Shown here piece by piece: positions 18,987 through 27,228 of a DNA stretch of 46,476 nucleotides (position 1 is its first letter; each line of letters starts with the position of its first letter). Source of the DNA: Actinomycetes bacterium. Its GTDB lineage: Bacteria > Actinomycetota > Actinomycetes > S36-B12. The stretch spans positions 1 through 46,476 of the forward strand of contig JBAWXR010000001.1 in assembly GCA_037143955.1 (NCBI GenBank). The letters are read 5' to 3'. The notes under the pieces were generated by a model that ran no database searches, was not told the DNA's origin, and worked only from the letters and a program-made list of their open reading frames with translations. Position numbers and translations under genes: made by a program.

Positions 18987-19768
18987 ACGTCACCGAGATC
19001 GACAACGACAGGCGCGTGGTCGGAAGCGCCTTTGCCTTTGCGTTCCTCGCGATCGATCCAACAGTCCGTGACACGTGCGGCGAAGGGGGCGTTGGCGTAA
19101 ATGAGGTCGATGCGCATGCCGAAGCCGCGACCAAAGGACGCTGCGCGGTAATCCCAGAAGGTGTACGGCTGCCCTTTGAGAGCGCGTGGCATGACGTCCA
19201 CAAGTCCTGTCGCACGCAAGTCGGCAAGCGCCGAACGTTCGGCAGGCGTGACATGGGTGGAGTTGACGAACTGCGAGATATCCCAGACGTCGTCATCTGT
19301 CGGTGCCACGTTGAAGTCACCGATGACCGCGAGTGATCTATCGGGCGCTGCCGACATCTCTGCAGTCAGGGTGGTCCGCAGGGCGGTGAACCACGAGAGT
19401 TTGTACGCATAGTGCTCGTGGTCAGGCTCGCGTCCGTTGGGCACGTAGACGCTCCAGATACGGGTCCCTGCGCATGTTGCCCCGATCGCCCGGGGTTCGC
19501 GTGCGCCTTCATACTCGGGCTGATCGGTCAGGCCGATGGTGACGTCGGACATCCCCACCCGGCTCAGGAGAGCCACCCCGTTCCATCGACCCGTGCCCCA
19601 GGTCGCGGCCTCGTATCCCAGGGCCTGGATTTCCATGAGGGGAAAGGCCTGATCTGTGCACTTGAGCTCTTGAAGTGCGAGGACATCTGGCTGATGTGCC
19701 TCGAGCCAGGCCAGCACCCGGTCCAGACGTGCGGTCACGGAATTGACGTTCCATGTCACGATTCGCAC
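18983..19768 (-). CDS. xthA: exodeoxyribonuclease III
   Basis: MRIVTWNVNSV...LALQELK...DFNVAPTD...SDHAPVVVDL are classic ExoIII/EEP nuclease motifs. Confidence 0.92.
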   Translation of the reverse strand: MRIVTWNVNSVTARLDRVLAWLEAHQPDVLALQELKCTDQAFPLMEIQALGYEAATWGTGRWNGVALLSRVGMSDVTIGLTDQPEYEGAREPRAIGATCAGTRIWSVYVPNGREPDHEHYAYKLSWFTALRTTLTAEMSAAPDRSLAVIGDFNVAPTDDDVWDISQFVNSTHVTPAERSALADLRATGLVDVMPRALKGQPYTFWDYRAASFGRGFGMRIDLIYANAPFAARVTDCWIDREERKGKGASDHAPVVVDLGDV

Positions 19769-19878
19769 GGCCCCAGCCTAGGGACTGGAAGCACCACGGA
19801 TTTCCTCTCAACGCCGGTGAGGCGCTAACCTTCTGGGGCTGCCGCGGCGGGTTCTCCCGCTCGCAAGCACGACACGCA

Positions 19879-19922
19879 CCCTCCTGTCACGGATCGACCG
19901 TGACCGCTTAGTCCAGAGGAGG
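19879..19922 (+). promoter_or_regulatory. rpsF 5' leader structure: anti-SD (CCTCCT) pairing with SD (AGGAGG) and enclosing a 7-bp hairpin
   Basis: CCTCCT at 19880-19885 is the exact complement of AGGAGG at 19917-19922, 7 nt before the rpsF ATG. Between them lies the hairpin GTCACGG-atcga-CCGTGAC (19886-19904), followed by a 12-nt unpaired stretch. Confidence 0.35.
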
Positions 19923-19928
19923 TGGGGT

Positions 19929-20234
19929 ATGCGTCGCTATGAGGTCATGGTCATCCTCGACCCGGATCTAGAAGAGAAGACCATCGCTCCCAGCCTGGAG
20001 GCGTTCCTTAACGTCATCCGCGCTGATGGGGGCACGGTCCACAAGATGGATATCTGGGGCCGCCGTAGGCTCGCCTACGAGATCAATCACAAGGGTGAAG
20101 GCATTTACGCCGTCATCGACATCACCGCCACCCCCGAGGCCGTCAAGGAACTCGATCGCCAGTTGTCCCTCAACGAGGCCGTCATGCGCACGAAGGTGAT
20201 GCGTCCCGAGGTCGTCGCGGCGGGAGCCGAGTAG
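19929..20234 (+). CDS. rpsF: 30S ribosomal protein S6
   Basis: [16 protein letters not shown]...[20 protein letters not shown]. Confidence 0.97.
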   Translation: MRRYEVMVILDPDLEEKTIAPSLEAFLNVIRADGGTVHKMDIWGRRRLAYEINHKGEGIYAVIDITATPEAVKELDRQLSLNEAVMRTKVMRPEVVAAGAE

Positions 20235-20713
20235 TGGCTGCGGGCGACGTCACGGTCACGGTGGTGGGCAACCTCACCAACGACCCCGAGTTGCGGTTCA
20301 CCCCCAGTGGTGCCGCCGTCGCGTCCTTCACTGTTGCGTCCAGCCCTCGGGTACTGGACAAGGCCACCAATGAGTGGAAGGACGGCGATCCGCTCTACAT
20401 GCGGTGCAGCGTCTGGCGTCAGTACGCCGAGAACGTGGCCGAGACCCTCACCAAGGGCACTCGCGTCATCGTCACGGGTCGTCTGAAGCAGCGCTCGTAT
20501 GAGACTCGCGAGGGCGAGAAGCGCACTGTCGTGGAGATGGATGTCGAGGATGTCGGTCCCGCGCTGCGGTACGCCACAGCCAAAGTCAATCGTGTCGCTC
20601 GCGGCGAAGGTGGCGGCGGCTACAGCGGTCCGACATCTGGCGGCAGCGACTCTTCGGACGATCCTTGGGCATCCGCCCCGTCCGGCGGCTCATTCGACGA
20701 GCCTCCTTTCTAA
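20234..20713 (+). CDS. ssb: single-stranded DNA-binding protein
   Basis: OB fold [29 protein letters not shown], a Gly-rich linker and an acidic tip DEPPF. The GTG start overlaps the rpsF TAG by 1 nt. Confidence 0.97.
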   Translation: MAAGDVTVTVVGNLTNDPELRFTPSGAAVASFTVASSPRVLDKATNEWKDGDPLYMRCSVWRQYAENVAETLTKGTRVIVTGRLKQRSYETREGEKRTVVEMDVEDVGPALRYATAKVNRVARGEGGGGYSGPTSGGSDSSDDPWASAPSGGSFDEPPF

Positions 20714-20764
20714 GCCACACCTTCCCCCGGTGCGAACGCACCTTTCATCCAGGAGCTAACTGAC

Positions 20765-21043
20765 ATGGCACGCGACAACAGCAATACCGATCGAAAGGGC
20801 CGCCAGTCCGCGGCCTCAAAACTGAAGATGGTCAAGCCCAAGGCCTGTGGTTTCTGCAAAGAGGGCGTCCAGGCGATCGACTACAAGGACGTCAACCTGC
20901 TGCGCAAGTTCATCTCCGACCGCGGCAAGATCCGCGCACGTCGCGTCACCGGATGCTGCACGCGGCATCAGCGCGACATCGCCATGGCGGTCAAGAACGC
21001 GCGCGAGGTTGCGCTCCTCCCCTACTCCTCGACCACTCGATAG
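20765..21043 (+). CDS. rpsR: 30S ribosomal protein S18 (Cys-containing, probably zinc-binding form)
   Basis: [43 protein letters not shown] plus CC cysteines suggest the C+ primary paralogue. Confidence 0.95.
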   Translation: MARDNSNTDRKGRQSAASKLKMVKPKACGFCKEGVQAIDYKDVNLLRKFISDRGKIRARRVTGCCTRHQRDIAMAVKNAREVALLPYSSTTR

Positions 21044-21057
21044 GACGGGCATCGATC

Positions 21058-21504
21058 ATGAAACTCATCCTCACTCAAGAAGTGTCCGGCCTGGGATCCG
21101 CAGGTGACATCGTCGAGGTCAAGGACGGCTACGGCCGCAACTTCCTCATGCCTCGCGGCCTCGCTGTCGCGTGGACCAAGGGTGGCGAGAAGCAGGTTGT
21201 GCAGATCAAACGCGCCCGCAAGGTGCGCGAGATTCGCGACAACGCTCACGCCAACGAAGTCAAGCAGGCGTTGGAGTCATTGGCCGTGCTGCTGGCGGTC
21301 AACGCCGGCGAGAACGGCAAGTTGTTCGGTTCGGTGACCACCGGCGACATCGCCAATGCTGTCAAGGCAGCCGGCGGACCCGTGCTTGACAAGCGCAAGA
21401 TTCACACCTCCTCGCCCATCAAGGCTGTGGGCAAGCACACGGCCAAGGTCGATGTGCACCCCGGTGTGGTCGCCACGGTGACGCTGCAGGTCGTCAAAGG
21501 CTAG
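21058..21504 (+). CDS. rplI: 50S ribosomal protein L9
   Basis: [36 protein letters not shown]. The track ORF starts at 20953, inside rpsR. ATG 21058 gives the normal length of 148 aa. Confidence 0.95.
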   Translation: MKLILTQEVSGLGSAGDIVEVKDGYGRNFLMPRGLAVAWTKGGEKQVVQIKRARKVREIRDNAHANEVKQALESLAVLLAVNAGENGKLFGSVTTGDIANAVKAAGGPVLDKRKIHTSSPIKAVGKHTAKVDVHPGVVATVTLQVVKG

Positions 21505-21515
21505 GAAACTCCAGC

Positions 21516-21552
21516 CGAACGGGCGCTCACCTCACCGGTGAGCGCCCGTTCG
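21516..21552 (+). terminator. stem-loop terminator after rplI (16-bp perfect stem, 5-nt loop, no U-tract)
   Basis: CGAACGGGCGCTCACC-tcacc-GGTGAGCGCCCGTTCG, checked base by base. It begins 12 nt after the rplI stop. Confidence 0.7.
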
Positions 21553-21568
21553 CATGTCACCATGAGGT

Positions 21569-21982
21569 ATGACGTTCTCCGATTCCATCGCCTATTGCTT
21601 TCGTCACTATGCAGACTTCAACGGTCGAGCCACCCGCAGCGAGTTCTGGTGGTTCTTCCTGTTCTGCTCGCTGATCACCGTGGCCTTGTCCGTTCCTGCC
21701 ACGATCCTGCTCATCGTCGCCGTGGCCAACAGTGGTTCCGGGACGGGAATCGCACTCGTGGTAATCAGCGTGGTGATGTTCGTGATCGCCTTCGGTTTCT
21801 CTCTGGCCACCCTGGTGCCGACGTGGGCCGTGGGATGTCGTCGCCTTCATGACAAGGGATTCAGTGGCTGGCTGCAGCTCATTCAGCTGGTCAGTCCGGG
21901 AATCGTTGCCCTGTGGGTCCTGTGGGCACTTGAGGGCGATACCGAGGCCAACCAGTACGGACCAGTAGCCACGCGTTCCTAG
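21569..21982 (+). CDS. DUF805-family small inner-membrane protein (paralogue 1)
   Basis: GRATRSEFWWFFLF, RRLHDKGFSGW, NQYG hallmarks and about 3 TMs. GAGG RBS. Confidence 0.85.
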   Translation: MTFSDSIAYCFRHYADFNGRATRSEFWWFFLFCSLITVALSVPATILLIVAVANSGSGTGIALVVISVVMFVIAFGFSLATLVPTWAVGCRRLHDKGFSGWLQLIQLVSPGIVALWVLWALEGDTEANQYGPVATRS

Positions 21983-22106
21983 GTTGCGCAGCGAAATAAG
22001 AGGACGCAAAGTCGTCACTCCTCATGACATGGGCCTTCGCGTGCGCGAGGATGTGGGAGAGCCGGCCACGTGAACCGGCAGTACGCCAATCTGCACGGGA
22101 GGAATC

Positions 22107-22484
22107 ATGTCGTTCGGTCAATCAATCTCGCATGTGCTCAAGAACCTGACGAACTTCGAGGGTCGCGCAAGCCGCTCGGAGTTCTGGTGGTGGTACCTGT
22201 TCATCGTGATCGTCAACATCATTTTCGGTGGCATTGTCGCGACCATCTCGGGCAATGGCATGGGCACAGCGACGACCATCATTGTGTGGATCATCTCGTT
22301 GATCCTGTTCCTGGCCACTCTGTCGGTAGCGATCCGGCGACTTCATGACACAGGGCGGTCGGGCTGGTGGGCCCTGCTCTACCTGGTGTGCTGCGTGGGT
22401 CAGATCATCCTGATCATCTTCTGGGCGTCACCGTCGCAGCCGGGCCCCAACCAGCACGGGGAAGCCGCAGCGACCGCTGAGTAA
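22107..22484 (+). CDS. DUF805-family small inner-membrane protein (paralogue 2)
   Basis: GRASRSEFWWWYLF, RRLHDTGRSGWW, NQHG and about 3 TMs. GGGAGG RBS. Confidence 0.85.
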   Translation: MSFGQSISHVLKNLTNFEGRASRSEFWWWYLFIVIVNIIFGGIVATISGNGMGTATTIIVWIISLILFLATLSVAIRRLHDTGRSGWWALLYLVCCVGQIILIIFWASPSQPGPNQHGEAAATAE

Positions 22485-22494
22485 GTCGTGTAAA

Positions 22495-22532
22495 GATCGA
22501 GGGGCCGGGTCACATGACCCGGCCCCTCGATC
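22495..22532. terminator. bidirectional stem-loop between convergent DUF805 and DUF4190 genes (18-nt perfect inverted repeat)
   Basis: GATCGAGGGGCCGGGTCA-ca-TGACCCGGCCCCTCGATC, checked base by base. Confidence 0.7.
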
Positions 22533-22540
22533 GTTGTTGC

Positions 22541-22882
22541 TTAGTTCGTGGTGATCGTCACGTCACCATTCTTTGCTGCGTTGGCAAACATCACGATCCA
22601 TAGGATGAAGAAGATAACGCTGAGTACCAAGCCGATGATGCCGAGAATGAAACCGGCCTTGGCGGCGCCTGCGTTGGTCGCAAGGCCCTGCTCGGCGCGC
22701 TTCATGCCCATGCGACCGAGAATGATGGCCAAAATCGATCCCAGAAGGGGAAAGCAGAAGAACTGAATGATGCCTAGGACGAGGGCCGCAGTTCCGAGAC
22801 CATTCTGCGGTTGGCCACCACCGGGCGTCTGCGGTGCAGGTGGCATGGGGGGCGTGGGTGGCATGGGTGGTGTCTCGCTCAT
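22541..22882 (-). CDS. DUF4190-type small membrane protein with Pro-rich N-terminus
   Basis: MSETPPMPPTPPMPPAPQTPGGGQPQ, then two TM hairpin segments (ALVLGIIQFFCFPLLGSILAIILG; FILGIIGLVLSVIFFILWIVMF). Confidence 0.8.
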   Translation of the reverse strand: MSETPPMPPTPPMPPAPQTPGGGQPQNGLGTAALVLGIIQFFCFPLLGSILAIILGRMGMKRAEQGLATNAGAAKAGFILGIIGLVLSVIFFILWIVMFANAAKNGDVTITTN

Positions 22883-22976
22883 GTCTAGTCCTTAGTGGTT
22901 GGGCGCCGCGCGTTGCGACTCAGAATCACCACGCTAGCGGAATGGGCTTACACCTTTCGATAAGCACCCGCGAACG

Positions 22977-23480
22977 TCACAGCTGGTGCTGTGGAAGCCA
23001 GTCGACTAGTCCGTCAGCAGCTCGTTCGATCATGCGAAGCACATCGAGAAATCCGTCCGGTCCGCCGTAGTAAGGATCGGGTACATCGAGTTCGGGATGT
23101 GGTTCGGGTAGGTGGCTGAGGGCTGGATCGAAGGAGCGCATCATGCGGAGCTGGGGCGTCCAGCCACTGTGGGTTATCAACTGCTGCAGGTTGCGGTAAT
23201 TGCTCTCGTCCATCGCCAGCAGGAGGTCGGTGTCCGCCATCCACGATGACGTGATCTGACGTGCGGTGTGGTCATGGTCGTATCCGTGCGCATTGAGCAC
23301 ATCGATAGACCGCGGATCTGCACCGTGCCCGAGGTGCCAGTCACCTGTGCCGGCTGAATCCACCTGGTAAACCTCGGAGAGCCCTGCCTCGGCCAGACGG
23401 GCGCGAAGAACCGCCTCCCCGATAGGGGAGCGACAAATGTTGCCTAGGCATACGACAGTGACTCGGTACGGGGCGGCCAT
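22977..23480 (-). CDS. low-molecular-weight protein-tyrosine phosphatase
   Basis: P-loop VVCLGNICRSPIGEAV (CX5R-S) and DPYYG Asp loop. The track ORF extends to 23612, but ATG 23480 (MAAPYRVTVV...) gives the usual length of about 167 aa. Confidence 0.88.
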   Translation of the reverse strand: MAAPYRVTVVCLGNICRSPIGEAVLRARLAEAGLSEVYQVDSAGTGDWHLGHGADPRSIDVLNAHGYDHDHTARQITSSWMADTDLLLAMDESNYRNLQQLITHSGWTPQLRMMRSFDPALSHLPEPHPELDVPDPYYGGPDGFLDVLRMIERAADGLVDWLPQHQL

Positions 23481-23507
23481 AGGCGCACGGTAGTCACCAC
23501 ATTCTTT

Positions 23508-23648
23508 TTGTCCACAGGCTCGCGGGCGTCCACTGTGTGGCACAGGGAAAAAGGTGAGCAGAAACTCCCCCACCCGTCCCCAACTTGTCCGCACTTTGTC
23601 CTCATAAACCACCCCCGCGCCCCCACTTCATCCACAGATCTATCCACA
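23508..23648 (+). promoter_or_regulatory. cluster of DnaA-box-like 9-mers upstream of dnaB
   Basis: All on the + strand: TTGTCCACA 23508-16, TTGTCCGCA 23585-93, TTGTCCTCA 23596-604, TCATCCACA 23628-36, CTATCCACA 23640-48. A weaker GCGTCCACT lies at 23526-34. Confidence 0.5.
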
Positions 23649-23738
23649 ACCCTGATGGACACTGTGGGAGTGGGTCCGTACCGTGCGATCCCGCTGTCAT
23701 ACGTCACCGGTACACATGCATCACCAAGGGAGGTAGGC

Positions 23739-25103
23739 ATGAGCGTCGCAGAACTGCCGCTGCCCTCTGAGCCACGCGACATTGGTCCCGATCGCACGCC
23801 ACCCAATGACATTGCCGCAGAACAGTCTGTTCTCGGTGCGATGTTGCTGAGCAAAGACGCCATTGCCGATGTCGTGGAGATCCTTCGCGAAGCGGACTTC
23901 TACCGGCCAAGCCATCAGGTCATCTATGGCGCCATCCTTGATCTCTACGGTCGCGGGGAGCCTGTCGATGCCGTGACCTTGTCCGCAGAACTGACCCGTA
24001 TTGGCGAACTCGGACGCGTCGGTGGCGCCCCTTACTTGCACACCGTTGTGCAGATGGTCCCCACGGCAGCCAACGGTTCTTATTACGGCACCATCGTGCG
24101 CGAGAAAGCCATTCTTCGCCGTCTCGTTGAGGCTGGCACTCGCATTGTGCAGATGGGATACGCCGGCACCGGAGATATTGATGATGTCGTCGACCGCGCC
24201 CAGGCTGAGGTTTACGAGGTCACTGACAAACGCACAAGCGAGGACTACGCACCGCTGAGCGCACTCATGGGTGACGCCCTCAACGAGATCGAAGCCATCG
24301 GCAACCGCGGTGGGGAGATGATCGGCGTTCCGACAGGATTTGCCGAGTTGGATCGCATCACCAACGGCTTGCATCCCGGCCAACTCATCATCCTCGCGGC
24401 ACGTCCTGCCCTGGGTAAATCGACGTTCGGAATGGACATCTGTCGATCCGCCGCGATCAAGAACGGCCTCGCCACCGTCTTCTTCTCGCTCGAAATGAGC
24501 CGCAACGAGATCATCATGCGCCTGCTGTCTGCTGAGGCACAGGTGCCGCTGCACCACATGCGGTCGGGAACCATGAGTGATGCAGACTGGACGCGCCTAG
24601 CCGCCCGCATGGGTGTCGTCAGTGAAGCCCCGCTGTTCATCGACGACTCACCCAATATGACTCTTACAGAGATCCGCGCCAAGTGCCGGCGTCTCAAGCA
24701 GCGTCACGGTCTACGCATGGTTGTTGTTGACTACCTGCAACTCATGACCAGCGGTAAGCGCGTGGAAAGCCGTCAACAAGAAGTGTCCGAGTTCTCGCGT
24801 TCACTCAAACTCCTCGCCAAGGAGCTCGATGTTCCGGTCATCGCCATCAGCCAGCTCAACCGTGGTCCCGAGCAACGAACCGACAAGCGACCACTGCTGT
24901 CAGACCTTCGCGAATCGGGATCCCTCGAGCAGGACGCAGACATGGTGATCCTTCTGCATCGCGAAGACGCATACGAGCGCGAATCACCGCGCGCCGGTGA
25001 AGCAGATTTCATCATTGCCAAGCATCGCAACGGACCTACCGGCACGGTGGGTGTCGCCTTCCAAGGTCACTATTCGCGGTTCGTCGACATGGCCCAGAGT
25101 TAG
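23739..25103 (+). CDS. dnaB: replicative DNA helicase DnaB (no intein)
   Basis: PPNDIAAEQSVLGAMLL, Walker A AARPALGKST, ISQLNRGPEQR. ATG 23739 is preceded by AAGGGAGG. The 454-aa sequence is contiguous, and the upstream part of the track ORF (from 23508) is read-through. Confidence 0.95.
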   Translation: MSVAELPLPSEPRDIGPDRTPPNDIAAEQSVLGAMLLSKDAIADVVEILREADFYRPSHQVIYGAILDLYGRGEPVDAVTLSAELTRIGELGRVGGAPYLHTVVQMVPTAANGSYYGTIVREKAILRRLVEAGTRIVQMGYAGTGDIDDVVDRAQAEVYEVTDKRTSEDYAPLSALMGDALNEIEAIGNRGGEMIGVPTGFAELDRITNGLHPGQLIILAARPALGKSTFGMDICRSAAIKNGLATVFFSLEMSRNEIIMRLLSAEAQVPLHHMRSGTMSDADWTRLAARMGVVSEAPLFIDDSPNMTLTEIRAKCRRLKQRHGLRMVVVDYLQLMTSGKRVESRQQEVSEFSRSLKLLAKELDVPVIAISQLNRGPEQRTDKRPLLSDLRESGSLEQDADMVILLHREDAYERESPRAGEADFIIAKHRNGPTGTVGVAFQGHYSRFVDMAQS

Positions 25104-25169
25104 AGCAGCACACTCGACCTGATTGCTGCAGAGCCGCATTGGTGGTCGCCCTCGCCGAAACACTCCCGC

Positions 25170-26306
25170 CTAGGAGACTTTCGATAGCGGTTCCGCCGCA
25201 CCACTGCCGTGTGATGCGAGTGCAGCTGCGAACACGCGATGGGAATCCAGTGCCTCGCGCGGGGTTGCGCAGCCGAAACGATCTCCGAGAGCACCTGCCC
25301 GCTCGGCCAGATAAGCGGCCCACATCTGTAGTAGCGCATCGGTGAACCCGAACTCGAAAATTCCCCCGGTGATGGTGGGCCACGCAGAAGCGTTACCCGG
25401 TTGGACTTCTTCCCATACCTGTTCACTCCCGTGGCGAGTGAAACGCTGAACAACTGCTGGATTACGCGTGCTGAACCGGATCCCACCGTCCATTCCCACT
25501 GCCTCAAAAGACCAAGAATTCATGTGTCCGGGAGCGATGCGCCGTGTCTCCCACAGCATTGAGAATCGCCGTGACCCCTGCGGTACGCGGCAGGCAAGCA
25601 GAGCGTTGTCCCATGTGTCGCAAGCAACGAGGTTGCCGTCAGCGTCGGGACGTTGGGTCACAACATCGTCAAGCATGGAATACACGGTGTCGGGACGCCA
25701 GCCGAGGCGAAGCGGAACATGTGCCACGTGCATACCGAGGTCGCCCATGACGCCAATGTCGCCGCAGGTCTCCACCCGCCGCTTCCAGTTGATCGGCTTG
25801 GTGCGGTCGATATCCGATGAGTGAGCAAACTGTGAGCGAACATCAAGGAGTTCACCCAAGGTCCCCGACGCCGCATGTTTGTAGGCCTTGAGTGCTCCAG
25901 GAAAGAACGGCATCTCACTGGATACGCGCACAAATGCGGACGAACTCTCGATTGCCTTGACGATTCTCTGGGCGGAGCTGAGATCAATGCCGAAAGGCTT
26001 CTCTCCCAAGAAGTCGCGCCCGGCTTCGGCGACCGCGACGTATAGATCCTCATGCAGGTTGTGCGGTACAGCAAGATAGAGAACATCGATGCTGTCGTCT
26101 TCAAGGAGTGTCCGCCAGTCATCCACGAGAGTTGTCACACTGTCGATCTGCCGGAACCATTCACGAGCAGCGGGATTCGGGTCGGCCACAGCCACAATGG
26201 ACGGCCGCACGGGGTGATCCACGAGACTCATCCACCGACCGCAGACGACGGCAAGCTCGCGGCCCATAAGGCCGCCGCCTACGACTCCAATGCGAACCGA
26301 TGTCAT
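25170..26306 (-). CDS. Gfo/Idh/MocA family NAD(P)-dependent oxidoreductase
   Basis: Rossmann N-terminus VRIGVVGGGLMGRE, EKP motif (GEKPFG) and typical length. Its ATG overlaps the aldolase stop as ATGA. Confidence 0.85.
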   Translation of the reverse strand: MTSVRIGVVGGGLMGRELAVVCGRWMSLVDHPVRPSIVAVADPNPAAREWFRQIDSVTTLVDDWRTLLEDDSIDVLYLAVPHNLHEDLYVAVAEAGRDFLGEKPFGIDLSSAQRIVKAIESSSAFVRVSSEMPFFPGALKAYKHAASGTLGELLDVRSQFAHSSDIDRTKPINWKRRVETCGDIGVMGDLGMHVAHVPLRLGWRPDTVYSMLDDVVTQRPDADGNLVACDTWDNALLACRVPQGSRRFSMLWETRRIAPGHMNSWSFEAVGMDGGIRFSTRNPAVVQRFTRHGSEQVWEEVQPGNASAWPTITGGIFEFGFTDALLQMWAAYLAERAGALGDRFGCATPREALDSHRVFAAALASHGSGAAEPLSKVS

Positions 26307-27142
26307 GCGGTCTGCAGAATCTTCAAAGCCGCGGAAGCATCAGCACCATCGTGGAGCATGGCCATGAGTGCTCGCGTCATACCGACGGGGTTGTCGTGCT
26401 GAACAATGTTGCGTCCATAGACGAGCCCGGCTGCACCCTGGGCGAGTAGGGCATGTGTGCGCTGCAGCAACTCTGCTTCCGGGGCCTTGCCTCCGCCACG
26501 CACAAGCACGGGGACACCTCCGGCGATGCGAATGACCTCGTGGTACTGAGTTGGGTCGTCAGTGGGGTCGGCCTTGATGATGTCTGCACCGAGCTCTACT
26601 GCCTGTCGCACCACGGGCAGGATCTTGTCCAGGTCGCCGTTCACTCCGTAAGACCCTGCGGGGGTCTCCTTCATGACGAGCGGCTCGACCATCAAGGGCA
26701 TGCCATAACGATCGCAATCTTGCTTCACGGCTAGAACTGCGCGGATGCAGGCTTCGCGCACCTGCGGCTGTCCAGGGAGATCGAAGAGGTTGACGACGAC
26801 GCAGGAAGCGTCGAGCTTGACGCCGGTGAGTGCTGGCTCCGGGATAGTGAGATCAAATAGGTGATGGGGCAAAGGCGAGCCGTAGACGTTGGCGATGTCT
26901 GTACGCAGCACGAGTGCCGGCCGTGTGCGGTCCCCCTGTGATTGCAGGCGGTGTGCCTGACCTGGTGTGAGCTGGATGGCATCGGGAGCCGCGGCAGCCA
27001 GGGTCGAGACCGCAGCCGAAAGGTCCTCGATTCCGGCAAGGAATGCTCGCTCTCCGAAGAATCCATGGTCGATAGCGATATCAAGGCAGCGGCCGGAATT
27101 CTGATTGAACAGGCGGCGCATCCGGTAGGTGACATCACTCAT
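26303..27142 (-). CDS. class I aldolase of the DhnA/FbaB/LsrF family
   Basis: LDIAIDHGFFGE, MVEPLVM, DIIKADPTDD, VLVRGGGK. ATG 27142 has a GAGGAA RBS; the track start at 27163 is a TTG. Confidence 0.75.
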   Translation of the reverse strand: MSDVTYRMRRLFNQNSGRCLDIAIDHGFFGERAFLAGIEDLSAAVSTLAAAAPDAIQLTPGQAHRLQSQGDRTRPALVLRTDIANVYGSPLPHHLFDLTIPEPALTGVKLDASCVVVNLFDLPGQPQVREACIRAVLAVKQDCDRYGMPLMVEPLVMKETPAGSYGVNGDLDKILPVVRQAVELGADIIKADPTDDPTQYHEVIRIAGGVPVLVRGGGKAPEAELLQRTHALLAQGAAGLVYGRNIVQHDNPVGMTRALMAMLHDGADASAALKILQTA

Positions 27143-27228
27143 GGGAGTTCCTCGATTTCGCAAGACTCGGCGGGGATGGACTTAGATCGCTAACGTAATG
27201 GTTTGCGCAGCCGCCGAGACCTCCGGGA

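Noticed and set aside
22834-22870. Short tandem repeat GGTGGCATGGG... (encoding PPMPPTPPMPPAP) at the 5' end of the DUF4190 gene. Similar low-complexity Ser/Ala (38330-38420) and Arg/Gly/Ser (13000-13140) coding stretches were also noted.
   Set aside because: These are in-frame low-complexity linker or tail regions of proteins, not independent repeat elements or phase-variation tracts.
22883-22976. Possible sRNA or terminator in the 94-nt gap between the phosphatase gene and the DUF4190 gene.
   Set aside because: Only an imperfect bulged stem (GGGTGCTTA...TAAGCCC) is present. There is no convincing structure or promoter, so this is most simply a short 5' UTR carrying the AAGGA RBS of the DUF4190 gene.
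23739-25103. Possible intein in DnaB, as in M. tuberculosis.
   Set aside because: The helicase is 454 aa and the C-terminal motifs (ISQLNRGPEQR...LRESGSLEQDADMV) are contiguous, so there is no insertion.
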